Of a stretch of 64,000 nt of DNA, positions 54,276 through 64,000 are shown piece after piece. The stretch covers positions 832,001 through 896,000 of the forward strand of contig CAWBAT010000005.1 in NCBI GenBank assembly GCA_963786955.1. The letters run 5' to 3'. This DNA is from an uncultured Acidimicrobiia bacterium (GTDB lineage: Bacteria; Acidobacteriota; Terriglobia; Versatilivoradales; Versatilivoraceae). The position numbers and the translations under genes were made by a program. Position 1 is the stretch's first letter. Each line of letters starts with the position of its first letter. The notes beneath the pieces were generated by a model. It did not search any database and was not told the DNA's origin. It saw only the letters and a program-made list of their open reading frames with translations.

Positions 54276-55300
54276 CTAGAGCAAATGTAATTGTCCGGGA
54301 GGAACTGGCATTCCGAAGTGTTCGTAAGCAAGACGAGTAGCCACGCGACCACGAGGGGTACGATGGAGGTAGCCTTTCTGAATTAGGAAAGGTTCATACA
54401 TGTCTTCGATGGCCTCGACCTCTTCACTGATTGCTGCCGCGATGGTGTTGATCCCCACAGGTCCGCCCGGAATACTTTCTCGATAATGACTTTGAGCAGC
54501 TTTTTGTCCATCTCCTCAAAACCATTATCGTCAATGGACAACATGGCAAGGCAATCCTCGGCGACAGCCCGGGTCACCACCCCATTGGCCTTGACTTGCG
54601 CATAGTCCCGGACTCGTCGAAGAAGCCGATTGGCAATACGCGGCGTGCCGCGAGAACGCCGCGCAATTTCCGCGGCCCCGTCTGGATCGATTTGAATGTC
54701 TAAGATCTCCGCTGACCGTTTAATAATGATGGCAAGATCATCTTCCCCGTAAAAATCCAGCCGATGGACAATGCCGAATCGGGATCGAAGAGGCGCCGTG
54801 ATCGAACCAGCCCGCGTGGTGGCGCCGATCAAGGTAAACTTGGGAATCTCGATAGGATGACTGCGGGCGCTCGGTCCCTGGCCGATGATCAGGTCGAGTT
54901 TGAAATCTTCCATAGCCGGGTAGAGAATTTCTTCGATTTGCGGCTGCAATCGATGGATTTCATCGATAAAGAGAACATCTTGTTCCTTGAGATTGGTGAG
55001 AATCGCAGAGAGGTCTCCCTTGATTTGGATGACTGGACCTGAAGTCGTCTTCAAGCCAACATTCAGTTCATTCGCAATGACACTGGCCAGGGTAGTTTTG
55101 CCCAAGCCCGGCGGGCCATAAAGCAACACATGATCCATGGCTTCCTGGCGAGTTCGGGCGGCGGCAATCGAGATGGCAAGGTTCTCTTTGATTTGCTGTT
55201 GCCCAATGTATTCTCTTAAGAATCTAGGCCGCAGGCTAAGCTCAAAGGTTTGTTCATCCTCAAAACCCCTGCCAGAAACAATCCGTTGTTCTTCGTTCAT
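54276..55300 (-). CDS. ruvB: Holliday junction helicase, frameshift near 3' end
   Basis: [41 protein letters not shown]. Confidence 0.96.
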
Positions 55301-55328
55301 GCGGACCTTATCACCCTACAAAGACTGA

Positions 55329-55931
55329 TCAGCGAGAAAGGTGTTGCAAGACACCTTTCAGCAGGCGTTCAAACCCCTGTTCCGCGCCGTTTGACGAGAG
55401 TACCTTTTGAAGGGCCCTCTCGGCCATGTTCTTAGGATAACCGAGATTGACGAGCGCCGATACAACATCGTCCTGGGCCTGTGACAAAGGGGCCCCTTCG
55501 GCAGTGACGGTCGTTGATAATACTTCGAATTTCGCTAGTTTATCTCGGAGTTCGAGCACAAGCCGTTCTGCCGTTTTTTTACCAACTCCCGGGATAGAGG
55601 TCAATTTGGCCAGGTTCCCTTCCCGAATGGCAGGAATGAGTTCCTCAGAAGGCATCCCCGATAGGATCGTGATACCAAGCTTCGGCCCGATTCCAGATAC
55701 AGAAATCAATTGTTCAAAGAGTGATTTTTCTCGGACCGTCTTGAAGCCAAACAACGCAAGGTTGTCTTCGCGAACATGGGTATAGACTTGGAGCTGGACA
55801 GGACCCCCAGTTTCTCCTGTCTCGTAAAAAGTGGAAAGAGGGATAGTGACCTCATAGCCGACACCGTTCACGTCGACAATCAGTTGATTGGGTTGCTTGC
55901 TGAGAAGTCTACCGGACAAGTAGGCAATCAT
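55329..55931 (-). CDS. ruvA: Holliday junction DNA-binding protein
   Basis: MIAYLSG, GVGYEV, HVRED, VSGIGPK, PGVGKKTAER. Confidence 0.96.
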   Translation of the reverse strand: MIAYLSGRLLSKQPNQLIVDVNGVGYEVTIPLSTFYETGETGGPVQLQVYTHVREDNLALFGFKTVREKSLFEQLISVSGIGPKLGITILSGMPSEELIPAIREGNLAKLTSIPGVGKKTAERLVLELRDKLAKFEVLSTTVTAEGAPLSQAQDDVVSALVNLGYPKNMAERALQKVLSSNGAEQGFERLLKGVLQHLSR

Positions 55932-56037
55932 GGAGAGGAAAAGGGTACAGTCCAGGAAACAGCCAGATTCTGTGGCTGGAACGACATGGCGAGTCAGCCC
56001 AATCGAAGGGACGGCCAAATCCATTGGCCAGGCGAAA

Positions 56038-56310
56038 TCAGGTTGTCATCTCGATCGAGTCGATGACGCCAATGACCGCCATATCGATTGGAGTAAAAGG
56101 CTTTCCCACGGAAGTCATGGCTGACCAGCCTTCCTGAGTCAGCAGAACCCGGTCACCAACACCGGCGTCAACAGCATCCACAGCCAGAACGGGTGTTCCT
56201 CGCTCCGTCCCATCCAGATTAAGAATTTGGACGTACAGGATCTTCTGGCCCTCGTGGCTGGAATGTTTCCGCGTCGCGACGATGTTGCCAATGACTTTTC
56301 CGATGAGCAT
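56038..56310 (-). CDS. BMC pentamer (EutN/CcmL family)
   Basis: GKVIGNIVATRK, AVDAVDAGVGD, IDMAVIGVID. Confidence 0.9.
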   Translation of the reverse strand: MLIGKVIGNIVATRKHSSHEGQKILYVQILNLDGTERGTPVLAVDAVDAGVGDRVLLTQEGWSAMTSVGKPFTPIDMAVIGVIDSIEMTT

Positions 56311-56392
56311 GATCAATTCGCCTGGAAACCGCCTCCGCAGGTGGGGAGCTAGCCAGAACATCTGCGTGCCCCATTTAAGGATGGATCCCGCG

Positions 56393-56666
56393 TCATTCCT
56401 CTAAATGAATTTCGTCGACAATCCCTACAATCGAAGCCTCAGTTGGCACTTCCTGATCAGGATACCAAGGGAAAGAGGCCTCTCGTCCGCGGCACCAGTA
56501 GATCACTTCTCCGGAACCTGCGCCAACACTGTCAACCGCAACGAGGACTCTCCCGACATCTTTTCCCTTTCTTATCGATCGGCTGGACTAGAAGAAGTTT
56601 TTTTCCTTCCAGCGAATCATTCTTGATGGAGCAGACGACATTGCCGATAACCCTGCCCAACTGCAT
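56393..56666 (-). CDS. BMC pentamer (EutN/CcmL family), frameshifted
   Basis: MQLGRVIGNVVCSIK...VAVDSVGAGSGE...SIVGIVDEI. Confidence 0.85.
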
Positions 56667-56829
56667 GTGAGACACTCCTGCCCTCAAAAAAAGGGAAAGT
56701 CCAACAAAGGAATAAGCTCGCACGGCATCGACTGAAGTGACATCGAATTCTTCGCAAGTTTAAGGCTTAGGCCGGGTTCAGGAGCTGGTAGATTGAAAGC
56801 GGGCAGCCGGCAAAAAATAGCCGGCATAA

Positions 56830-57096
56830 CTAATTGACTTCGACATGATCAATGATCCCGACAATAGCGGTATCCACTGGACAATCCTTACAACCTCCGG
56901 CCATTCGGGCCGAACTGCCAGAAACAAGAATGACTTTTTCTTTGTAGCCGGCACTGACCGTATCAACCGCAATCAAATAGCCCGCCTCATCGTTTCCAGA
57001 GGGATCAATCGGCTTCACAATCAAGAGCTTCTTACCCTCAAGACGATAATCCTTGCGGGTCGCCACTACTGTCCCGACAACTCGTGCCAGAATCAT
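56830..57096 (-). CDS. BMC pentamer (EutN/CcmL family)
   Basis: MILARVVGTVVATRK, AVDTVSAG, GSSAR, PVDTAIVGIID. Confidence 0.93.
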   Translation of the reverse strand: MILARVVGTVVATRKDYRLEGKKLLIVKPIDPSGNDEAGYLIAVDTVSAGYKEKVILVSGSSARMAGGCKDCPVDTAIVGIIDHVEVN

Positions 57097-57182
57097 GATC
57101 GTTGTCTCATCTTCTCACACCGGTTGAAGCTGACCAGAATTGGTTTCCATTCTCTCAAAAACACCTAAGAAGGAAAGGAAGA

Positions 57183-57467
57183 CTATTTGGCGGCTTTTCC
57201 GATGGGAAGTACATCTTCCAGATTGGAGTGAGGTCTTGGGATCACGTGGACCGAAATCAGCTCGCCGATCCGTCGGGCAGCAGCAGCTCCGGCGTCTGTC
57301 GCCGCCTTTACCGCAGCCACATCACCGCGAACGATGGCGGTGACATACCCCGATCCGATCTTTTCCCAGCCCACCAGCGTCACTTTAGCTGCTTTGACCA
57401 TTGCGTCGGAAGCTTCGATCATGGCCACAAGGCCTCGAGTTTCGATCATACCCAGTGCTTCGCCCAT
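57183..57467 (-). CDS. BMC hexamer (EutM/PduA family)
   Basis: [30 protein letters not shown]. Confidence 0.95.
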   Translation of the reverse strand: MGEALGMIETRGLVAMIEASDAMVKAAKVTLVGWEKIGSGYVTAIVRGDVAAVKAATDAGAAAARRIGELISVHVIPRPHSNLEDVLPIGKAAK

Positions 57468-57531
57468 ATCATTTTCCTTTCCTAGACCAGTTGCCTTAGT
57501 GGTTCACATATCCGAAAAACAAAATGAAATC

Positions 57532-58312
57532 CTACGATGTTTTTTTGGTGAATTCAACCAGTGCCGCCTGGATCATATCGACCAGTTGAGTTTTCGTCAA
57601 CGTAATCGTCGACTCGTTTTCTACCGGTTCGACCCGGGGGCAACTCTCATCGAGCTTGAGAGGAGTCTTGATTCCATATTTTTCTCGTGCAATGACTAGT
57701 TTGCTGACATCCTCCGAACTAAGAAGCGTCTCCCTACCAAGGATCTGGGTCGTTAAGCTGATTCGGGCAAAGTGTTCCACAGTTTCCATCTTGGCGTGGG
57801 CCTGGAAAACGTCCGCCCCGAAAGTCACTACTCCATGATTGGCTAACAAGATCCCATCGTAATGTGGAATAAACGGGCGTATGGCGTCGCTGAGTTCCGA
57901 AGTGCCAGTCGTCCCATAGGGCGCCAAGGGAATACAACCAAAAGTCATGACCACTTCCGCTACGATCGCGCGATTGAGAGGAATTCCTGCCGCCGCAAAC
58001 CCCGTTGCCACAGGGGGGATGGGCATGAACCACGCCGTGGACCTCCGGACGCATCCGGTAGATCAGCAAATGCATGGCAATCTCGGAGGATGCCTTGCGA
58101 TGTCCCCCGATTTTATTCCCCTCTAGGTCTACGACTACCAGATCATCTTCCGACATGTAGCCTTTGCTCATGGCGGTCGGGGTCGCCAACACGCTCCCAT
58201 CTTCCAGCCGTACACTAATATTTCCGTCGTAAGCCGCTACATAGCCCAGGCCGTAGACGCGTCGCCCAATTTCAATAATATCTTTGCGATATTGATCTAA
58301 GGTTTTGTTCAT
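57532..58312 (-). CDS. Class II aldolase (FucA-like) with C-terminal putative encapsulation peptide, one frameshift
   Basis: GNISVR, TPT, SSEIAMH, VHAHP, LLANHG; C-terminal amphipathic TQLVDMIQAALVEF. Confidence 0.9.
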
Positions 58313-58543
58313 TCAGAAACCAAGGAAACAAGGTAGAATGAGCGGGATCCTCAAGGATCCGCCTGAGGCAGCCAGCATACTCCAGCGAGAGTGATCGATT
58401 CTAACAATATTCTTGTACGGCTTCAATCTGCATTTCCGGGTGCAGACATCGGAAATGGATCCTTACTATCCCACTTAAGGTTCTCAGACAGAGTGGCAGA
58501 AATTGGCGGCGAGGACAATTTTATTTAAAAAGTGAGGGGACTT

Positions 58544-58969
58544 ATGACTCAAGGGATTATTAAGACCGATAAAGGTGACATTCACATTGACTTCTTTGAC
58601 AGCGACGCGCCGATTACCGTGGCTAATTTTGTGAAGCTGGCGGAGTCGGGATTTTATAACGGGCTCAAGTTTCATCGTGTCATCCCAAATTTTGTGATCC
58701 AAGGAGGTTGTCCCAAGGGAGATGGCACCGGGGGTCCTGGGTATTCGATCAATTGTGAGATCAATTCCAATAAGAATTTGGCCGGCTCGCTCTCGATGGC
58801 ACATCGCGGCCGAAACACTGGCGGGAGCCAGTTCTTCATCTGCCATTCACCCCAGCCCCATCTGGATGGTATCCATACCGTATTCGGCCGGACCCAGAAC
58901 ATGGAAGTCGTTAATGCGATCCGCGCCGGGGACAAAATGAATGAAGTGATTATCATCAAAGAAGGGTAG
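58544..58969 (+). CDS. Cyclophilin-type peptidyl-prolyl isomerase
   Basis: [41 protein letters not shown]. Confidence 0.93.
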   Translation: MTQGIIKTDKGDIHIDFFDSDAPITVANFVKLAESGFYNGLKFHRVIPNFVIQGGCPKGDGTGGPGYSINCEINSNKNLAGSLSMAHRGRNTGGSQFFICHSPQPHLDGIHTVFGRTQNMEVVNAIRAGDKMNEVIIIKEG

Positions 58970-59051
58970 CAGGGTTCTTCTCTTCTCAGGGGGGATTCGG
59001 TAGAATTTCTCTTTGATCCTTCCAACCGGATTGGTGTTTCGAGGCATTCCA

Positions 59052-59603
59052 TTGAGTCTGAACATTCTCGATATTGGTTGTGGCAATCATAAATGGCCCG
59101 GGAGTATCGGTCTGGATATAGTCCCTTTGGCTGGGGTAGACATCGTTCACGATCTCAATCAATTTCCCTACCCCTTTTCCAACGACACGTTTGATCTCGT
59201 TCGCGTCATCCATGTCATCGAACACATTCAGTCGATCCCGAAAACCATGGAAGAGATCCACCGCATTACTCGACATGGGGGGGAAGTCATCATTGAGACT
59301 CCTCATTACACGGACATCTCTTCATGGCAGGATCCTTCCCATCTCTGGCATCTCAGCACCCGGTCGTTTCATTTTTTTGGGGCGGAGCATGCGAGCAGTT
59401 ATTACTCCAAGGCCCGTTTCGAAATTATGTCTTCACGTGTCAAGTTGCTCAAACTGTACAAATGGTTGGGACTTGAATTTCTTGTCAACCTGGAAGACCG
59501 CCACGCGCGTTGTCGATTCCTGCGAAGGTTCTGGGAGCAATATCTCAGCTTTGTCATCCGGGGTAAGGTGATGACCATAAGGTTGAAGGCTGTGAAACAA
59601 TAG
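59052..59603 (+). CDS. Class I SAM methyltransferase-like protein
   Basis: ILDIGCG, HDLN..YPF, HVIEH, EEIHRI. Confidence 0.8.
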   Translation: MSLNILDIGCGNHKWPGSIGLDIVPLAGVDIVHDLNQFPYPFSNDTFDLVRVIHVIEHIQSIPKTMEEIHRITRHGGEVIIETPHYTDISSWQDPSHLWHLSTRSFHFFGAEHASSYYSKARFEIMSSRVKLLKLYKWLGLEFLVNLEDRHARCRFLRRFWEQYLSFVIRGKVMTIRLKAVKQ

Positions 59604-59900
59604 GAGGGGCCTCCTCGATGGTAGCCAAAGCAAGGAATTCAGGTTTCAGGGCAGGTTCTTCAGCAATATCAGAGTGCCCATGGAGACTCATGGCCTATCT
59701 CACGGCTTTCCTCTCAGAAGAATTTCCGCTAAAGGGTATAACTTCTGGTGTGGGAAAAGGCCGTTTTCTAAACAACGAACAATGCGGTCAAAGCGAAATA
59801 TTCCCAGAAACTTGGCAAACCCAACGAAACATCGAATCTCAGTGTAGATTCACCTTCTCGCAAGAGGCGCAGCCTTTCAGAAAAACCACTCGCGATTGTT

Positions 59901-60548
59901 TTGGTTAGTGGAGGGATGGACAGTTGTGTTTGCGCTGCCATCGCCCAAGAGAAATACAAATTAGCTTTCCTGCATGTGTCTTATGGGCAGCGGACACAAT
60001 TACGCGAGCAAAAAGCGTTCCATGACATTGCCAGGCACTACGATGTCCAACAGAAGCTCGTTTGTCATCTTGATCATTTGAGCCAGATCGGTGGATCGAG
60101 CCTGACAGACAGAGGAATTCCAGTGGCAGAAGCAAATCTGAAGCAAACCAGAATCCCCACCAGCTATGTTCCGTTTCGAAATGCTCATTTTCTCTCCGTC
60201 GCGACATCCTGGGCAGAAGTCATCGGAGCCCATTTGATTTTCATCGGAGCGGTCGCCGAGGACAGTTCTGGTTACCCCGATTGTCGGCCAGATTATTATA
60301 GGGCCTTTAATCGGCTCATTCGCGTGGGTACAAAGCCAGAAACGGAGATTACAATTGTCACACCCGTCATCCATATGAAAAAGAAGGAAATCGTTAGCAC
60401 AGGCATCAGGCTCGGAGCTCCGCTCCAACTGACTTGGTCGTGTTATCAGAATGAGGTCATGGCATGTGGTCGTTGCGATAGTTGTGCACTCAGGTTGAGA
60501 GGCTTTCAGGAAGCCGGATTCATGGATCCCATCCACTACGTTAAATGA
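59901..60548 (+). CDS. queC: 7-cyano-7-deazaguanine synthase (true start probably slightly upstream)
   Basis: SGGMDS, YGQR, YVPFRN, YPDCR, WSCY, CGRCDSC. Confidence 0.95.
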   Translation: MVSGGMDSCVCAAIAQEKYKLAFLHVSYGQRTQLREQKAFHDIARHYDVQQKLVCHLDHLSQIGGSSLTDRGIPVAEANLKQTRIPTSYVPFRNAHFLSVATSWAEVIGAHLIFIGAVAEDSSGYPDCRPDYYRAFNRLIRVGTKPETEITIVTPVIHMKKKEIVSTGIRLGAPLQLTWSCYQNEVMACGRCDSCALRLRGFQEAGFMDPIHYVK

Positions 60549-60628
60549 AATAAATCTGATTAACCCGATGTTTTTTTTGCGCTATAGTTGACCAAGGAAT
60601 AGTGAATTTTTTATATCCGGAGGTTTAA

Positions 60629-61717
60629 ATGCCTAATCTCAAGAGACTTTTCCCGCAACTAGCCTTGGTTCTGGCTCTTTTTCTGACCCGTTTAAGCTTC
60701 CCTGCTTTTTCTCAATCCACCGGCATGATCGAAGGCACGATCATCGGTAGAGACGGCAACCCGCTAGTCGGTGCTTTGATCGTCATTGAGCGAAAAGATA
60801 TCAAACAACATTTGGAAGTGAAAACCAACAAGAAAGGCCAATATATCCATGCCGGTTTGAACTCCGGCCTTTATCGGGTCTCCGTGAATTGGGAGGGAAA
60901 AGAGATTTATTATTTTGACAACACGAAAGTTTCAATTGGGGAGCCGACCAAATTGGACCTCAATTTGAAGGACAAGGAGAAAGAGGCACGGGAGGCGTCA
61001 ACACCAGAAGATAAGGAAGTTGAGGAGAAGATTGAAGCAGCCAAGGGAAAGCATGAAACAATGAAAGCCCGCTACGAAAAAGGGCGGGAGTATATGCAAG
61101 CTAAGCAGTATGAGCAAGCGCTCGAAGAGTTTAAGGCGGCCGCCGAAATGGATCCCAAGCAGTATGTGATTTTTGCCAGCATGGCTGAAACCTACAAGGG
61201 GCTGCGGAAGTTCGAGGAAGGCATCCAGAGCTATACGCAAGCATTGACTGTCCTGGCAGAAAGATCAAAACCGGACCCACAGATTGAAGCCAGTTATCAC
61301 ATGAACCTGGCCCTGATGTATGCCATGGCCGGGAAAATGGAAAATGCGACTGTAGAAACAAAGAAAGCCGCCGAATTAAACCCTGCTACCGGCTCCAAAG
61401 CCTATTTCAACCTCGGAGCCACTCTCGTTAACGCCGGGAAAGCAGAAGAAGCGATCAGCGCGTTTCAGAAAGCCATCGAAATGGACCCGAGCAACGCTGA
61501 AGCACTATATCAGATGGGAATCTCTCTGATGAGTAAAGCTCAGATCACGCCGGAAGGGAAAACAATTCCCGCCCCCGGCACGGTAGAAGCTTTCCAGAAA
61601 TACCTTCAGCTTCAACCCAACGGCCCTAATGCAGCGACGGCTAAGAATATGATCGAGATGTTGGGGGCAACGATCGAAACAAAGTTCTCAGCGGATAAAG
61701 AGAAGAAAAAGAAATAA
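60629..61717 (+). CDS. Secreted carboxypeptidase-regulatory-like domain plus TPR protein
   Basis: Signal peptide, IEGTI...G.PLVGA, TNKKGQY, multiple TPRs. Confidence 0.85.
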   Translation: MPNLKRLFPQLALVLALFLTRLSFPAFSQSTGMIEGTIIGRDGNPLVGALIVIERKDIKQHLEVKTNKKGQYIHAGLNSGLYRVSVNWEGKEIYYFDNTKVSIGEPTKLDLNLKDKEKEAREASTPEDKEVEEKIEAAKGKHETMKARYEKGREYMQAKQYEQALEEFKAAAEMDPKQYVIFASMAETYKGLRKFEEGIQSYTQALTVLAERSKPDPQIEASYHMNLALMYAMAGKMENATVETKKAAELNPATGSKAYFNLGATLVNAGKAEEAISAFQKAIEMDPSNAEALYQMGISLMSKAQITPEGKTIPAPGTVEAFQKYLQLQPNGPNAATAKNMIEMLGATIETKFSADKEKKKK

Positions 61718-61798
61718 GTGAATCGAGCGAATTGGGTGGCTTTTCTGGGCGGTGAGGCATCAAATCCAAGCGCTCTGCGGGTGGAGAATTTTCCATTT

Positions 61799-62629
61799 TT
61801 ATGGCTTTGGTTGGAGAAACTCAAATTCAGAGATGTTCCAGTCTGTTCTCCCTTCTTTGACCGTCAACTTGGCTTCCTGACTCCCTGACCCGCGTTTCCC
61901 TTGGGTGACCCGAAAGATCCTGACCTTGACCTCCATTTCTCCTGGTTCTCTCTGCGTGAGGGTGTTGGGTTCATAGGCGACAAAATGTGGCTCTGAGGGT
62001 CCAAAGAGATACTTTTCCATTTCCTCCGCAGAACTGAAACGGCTTTGAAAATCCTGAGTTAATCGTAGACTTACTTGCTTAGCATTTCGGTTGATAAGAC
62101 CCTTCATAAACAATTTGGCTACTGAAAGGGCCTCTTTCCCGCGTTTTTCGCTGGCAACATTAAAAGGGAGGACTCGAGGGCGGGGAACAGTTTTTATGAA
62201 ATCAATCTCATCTGCAAGCCATTCGTCTTTTACTTTCACAAATTTAATCTTTTCGACCTGGGTGGCATACACGATCTCATTGAGATCGGCCCACAAACTT
62301 TCAACCTCAATTCGAAACTCCTTTTCTCCGGAATTGGAGATAGAAGAGGGTTCGAAGTTATAAGCGACAAGTCGGCCGCTTTTCACCCTGACGGAGAGAC
62401 GTTTATTGTGGAGGTATTGATTTTCCAAGTGGGCGGTCATCAACTTTCTTGCTTCTACATCGCTTTCTAATGTCCGGGCTTGAAAGAAGAGATCGACTGC
62501 AGCGCTCTGAGGGTCATTTCCCTTCTTTTCGCTCGCAGCAGTTGCGAGTCCACTGAGATAAAGAACAAAGGAAATGCCAGAGACGACCAAAATCAACCCG
62601 AACCTTGCCCAGTAATTCTTGATAATCAC
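61799..62629 (-). CDS. Secreted hypothetical protein with two similar alpha/beta domains
   Basis: Signal peptide; GGAGG before GTG; internal repeat (A..FF..R...A...(M/L)T...Q...VAY...W.(A/I).E). Confidence 0.7.
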   Translation of the reverse strand: MIIKNYWARFGLILVVSGISFVLYLSGLATAASEKKGNDPQSAAVDLFFQARTLESDVEARKLMTAHLENQYLHNKRLSVRVKSGRLVAYNFEPSSISNSGEKEFRIEVESLWADLNEIVYATQVEKIKFVKVKDEWLADEIDFIKTVPRPRVLPFNVASEKRGKEALSVAKLFMKGLINRNAKQVSLRLTQDFQSRFSSAEEMEKYLFGPSEPHFVAYEPNTLTQREPGEMEVKVRIFRVTQGKRGSGSQEAKLTVKEGRTDWNISEFEFLQPKP

Positions 62630-63110
62630 TTCAGACCTCCCTTGCCTGCCTAAGCCAATTCTGGCCTCGTTAATGAGCTAGCATAACATTGAACAGCCAC
62701 TGCTCCGAGCGGCAATTTGCTTGAGTACTGAGTACAGAAACGCTCACCGAAATCACTATCGTGCGCCGTGAAAACGTCCCAAACAAAACCTAAAGCGCGA
62801 AACTTGAAAGATCGTTTTTTTCTCAAAGTCATATCTCCAGTTCCAAGGACAAGGCTCAGAAGACATTGGGGCGAGTTTCCGGAACAATTGATGGCCTAAA
62901 GACAAACGTAAAGGATACTGTGGGGTAGCGGAGTCAGTTTCCGGAAATCCTATCTCGAGGGAGGATGGCAAGCAGTCACCGATACCGGACGGTTCGCCCT
63001 TCTTATGGGACCAAATTGACAGGCCTCCTGGTTTTAGTTAGAGTGTGTAGTCGTATTCATGCTCCGAGCTGGCTGCCAATCATCGATGGGCTTGGGTTTT
63101 CAAGGAATTC

Positions 63111-63719
63111 ATGCGAAAAATTAACGTCAGGCGTCTCTCCGAAGCATCGCTCCCAACTAAGTATGGGAAATTTCGAATATTGGGATATGAAACTCGATTT
63201 AACCATCATGAGACCCCTTATGTCGTGTTAGTCAAAGGGGATCTTAGCGCAGCGGCTGCCCCACTCGTCCGGATCCATTCCCAGTGCCTTACGGGAGATG
63301 TTTTCTCTTCGACCCGTTGCGACTGTGGCGAACAGCTAAAGCATGCGCTGCGGGCCATCAACCAGTCGGGTGAAGGGGTCGTGATTTACCATCCAGAAGA
63401 GGGGCGTGGAATTGGGTTGCTCAACAAGTTGATTGCTTACGAATTGCAAGATAAGGGGGCAGATACCGTGGAAGCAAACAGTGAATTAGGTTTTGGAGCC
63501 GATGAACGCGATTATGCAGCCTGTGCCGAAATTCTCAAAGATTTGGGCATTCAGAGGATTCGCCTTCTTTCGAATAACCCGGCTAAAGTCAAGTCACTCA
63601 GAGATTCTGGACTTGTCGTGGTGAAGCGTGTTTCGATTGAAGTTGCCCCGCACCGTTCAACGGCTCGCTATTTGAAAACCAAGAAGGAGAAGCTGGGACA
63701 CATCCTGACAAGAGTCTAA
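63111..63719 (+). CDS. ribA: GTP cyclohydrolase II
   Basis: LPTKYG, RIHSQCLTGD, CDCGEQL, EGRGIGL, LLSNNP. Confidence 0.95.
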   Translation: MRKINVRRLSEASLPTKYGKFRILGYETRFNHHETPYVVLVKGDLSAAAAPLVRIHSQCLTGDVFSSTRCDCGEQLKHALRAINQSGEGVVIYHPEEGRGIGLLNKLIAYELQDKGADTVEANSELGFGADERDYAACAEILKDLGIQRIRLLSNNPAKVKSLRDSGLVVVKRVSIEVAPHRSTARYLKTKKEKLGHILTRV

Positions 63720-63800
63720 ACCCCAGTCACTCCAACCATTCTCCAGTCTAGATTCCATTCACCCTCTTGACCCTATATGGCTGTTTGACCATTCCGACCT

Positions 63801-64000
63801 ATGAAAAAATGGTTGGTTCACTTTAGATTCAAGACCGTTGTGCTGATCACGCTCTTTGCGTCACTACTTGTATTTCTTCCATTGCTTTCCGAAACAAGCC
63901 ATCGAGTTGGGGGGAGCGATTTCCCCCGTGAACCCTCCCCCGTAGCCGCTCAAACCGGCAGCCCACAAGAAAACTCCTCACCCACTTCAAACCATACTGG
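63801..64000 (+). CDS. Hypothetical exported protein, truncated by window end
   Basis: MKKWLVHFRFKTVVLITLFASLLVFLPLL signal-like N-terminus. Confidence 0.45.
   Translation, partial: MKKWLVHFRFKTVVLITLFASLLVFLPLLSETSHRVGGSDFPREPSPVAAQTGSPQENSSPTSNHT

Noticed and set aside
62650-62971. Short minus-strand ORFs upstream of the secreted protein
   Set aside because: No recognisable motifs and inconsistent frames; cannot be supported as genes.
1-64000. CRISPR array, rRNA, prophage or defence system
   Set aside because: No regularly spaced repeats, rRNA signatures, phage genes or recognisable defence genes were seen.

Overview
Bacterial chromosomal window, most consistent with an Acidobacteriota genome (acidobacterial-type VWA, TPR and carboxypeptidase-regulatory-domain proteins, ACI-like microcompartment genes). 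Many genes, including essential ones (trmD, ruvB, folK), are split by single-base frameshifts that look like long-read indel errors rather than true decay. The backbone holds housekeeping genes: pdxJ, fabI, dacB, rex, moaD-moaE, tRNA-Ile2(CAU), rnhA, mqnA, lctP, ctpA, ABC-F, thiE, rnhB-rplS-trmD-rimM-khpA-rpsP, thrC, lepB, folK, ruvAB, queC and ribA. An accessory region at about 34.6-52.4 kb holds an intact IS630 inserted in a reconstructable gene, a REP-like cluster and the stand-out locus. That locus is a roughly 9.7-kb exported operon encoding an ASPIC/UnbV (CRTAC1-like) protein, a hydrazine-synthase alpha-like subunit, a fused hydrazine-synthase beta-gamma-like protein carrying an extra c554-type tetraheme domain, a beta-propeller protein and two orphan LivJ-type binding proteins. 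It lies next to a Cys-rich XRE regulator and a divergent DAHP synthase plus chorismatase-like Rid pair. Key anammox HZS active-site residues appear substituted, suggesting a different, undescribed chemistry. A small BMC locus (aldolase, 1 hexamer, 3 pentamers), a type III PKS and two unannotated small ORFs are also present. All homology statements come from motif recognition and recall, not database searches.
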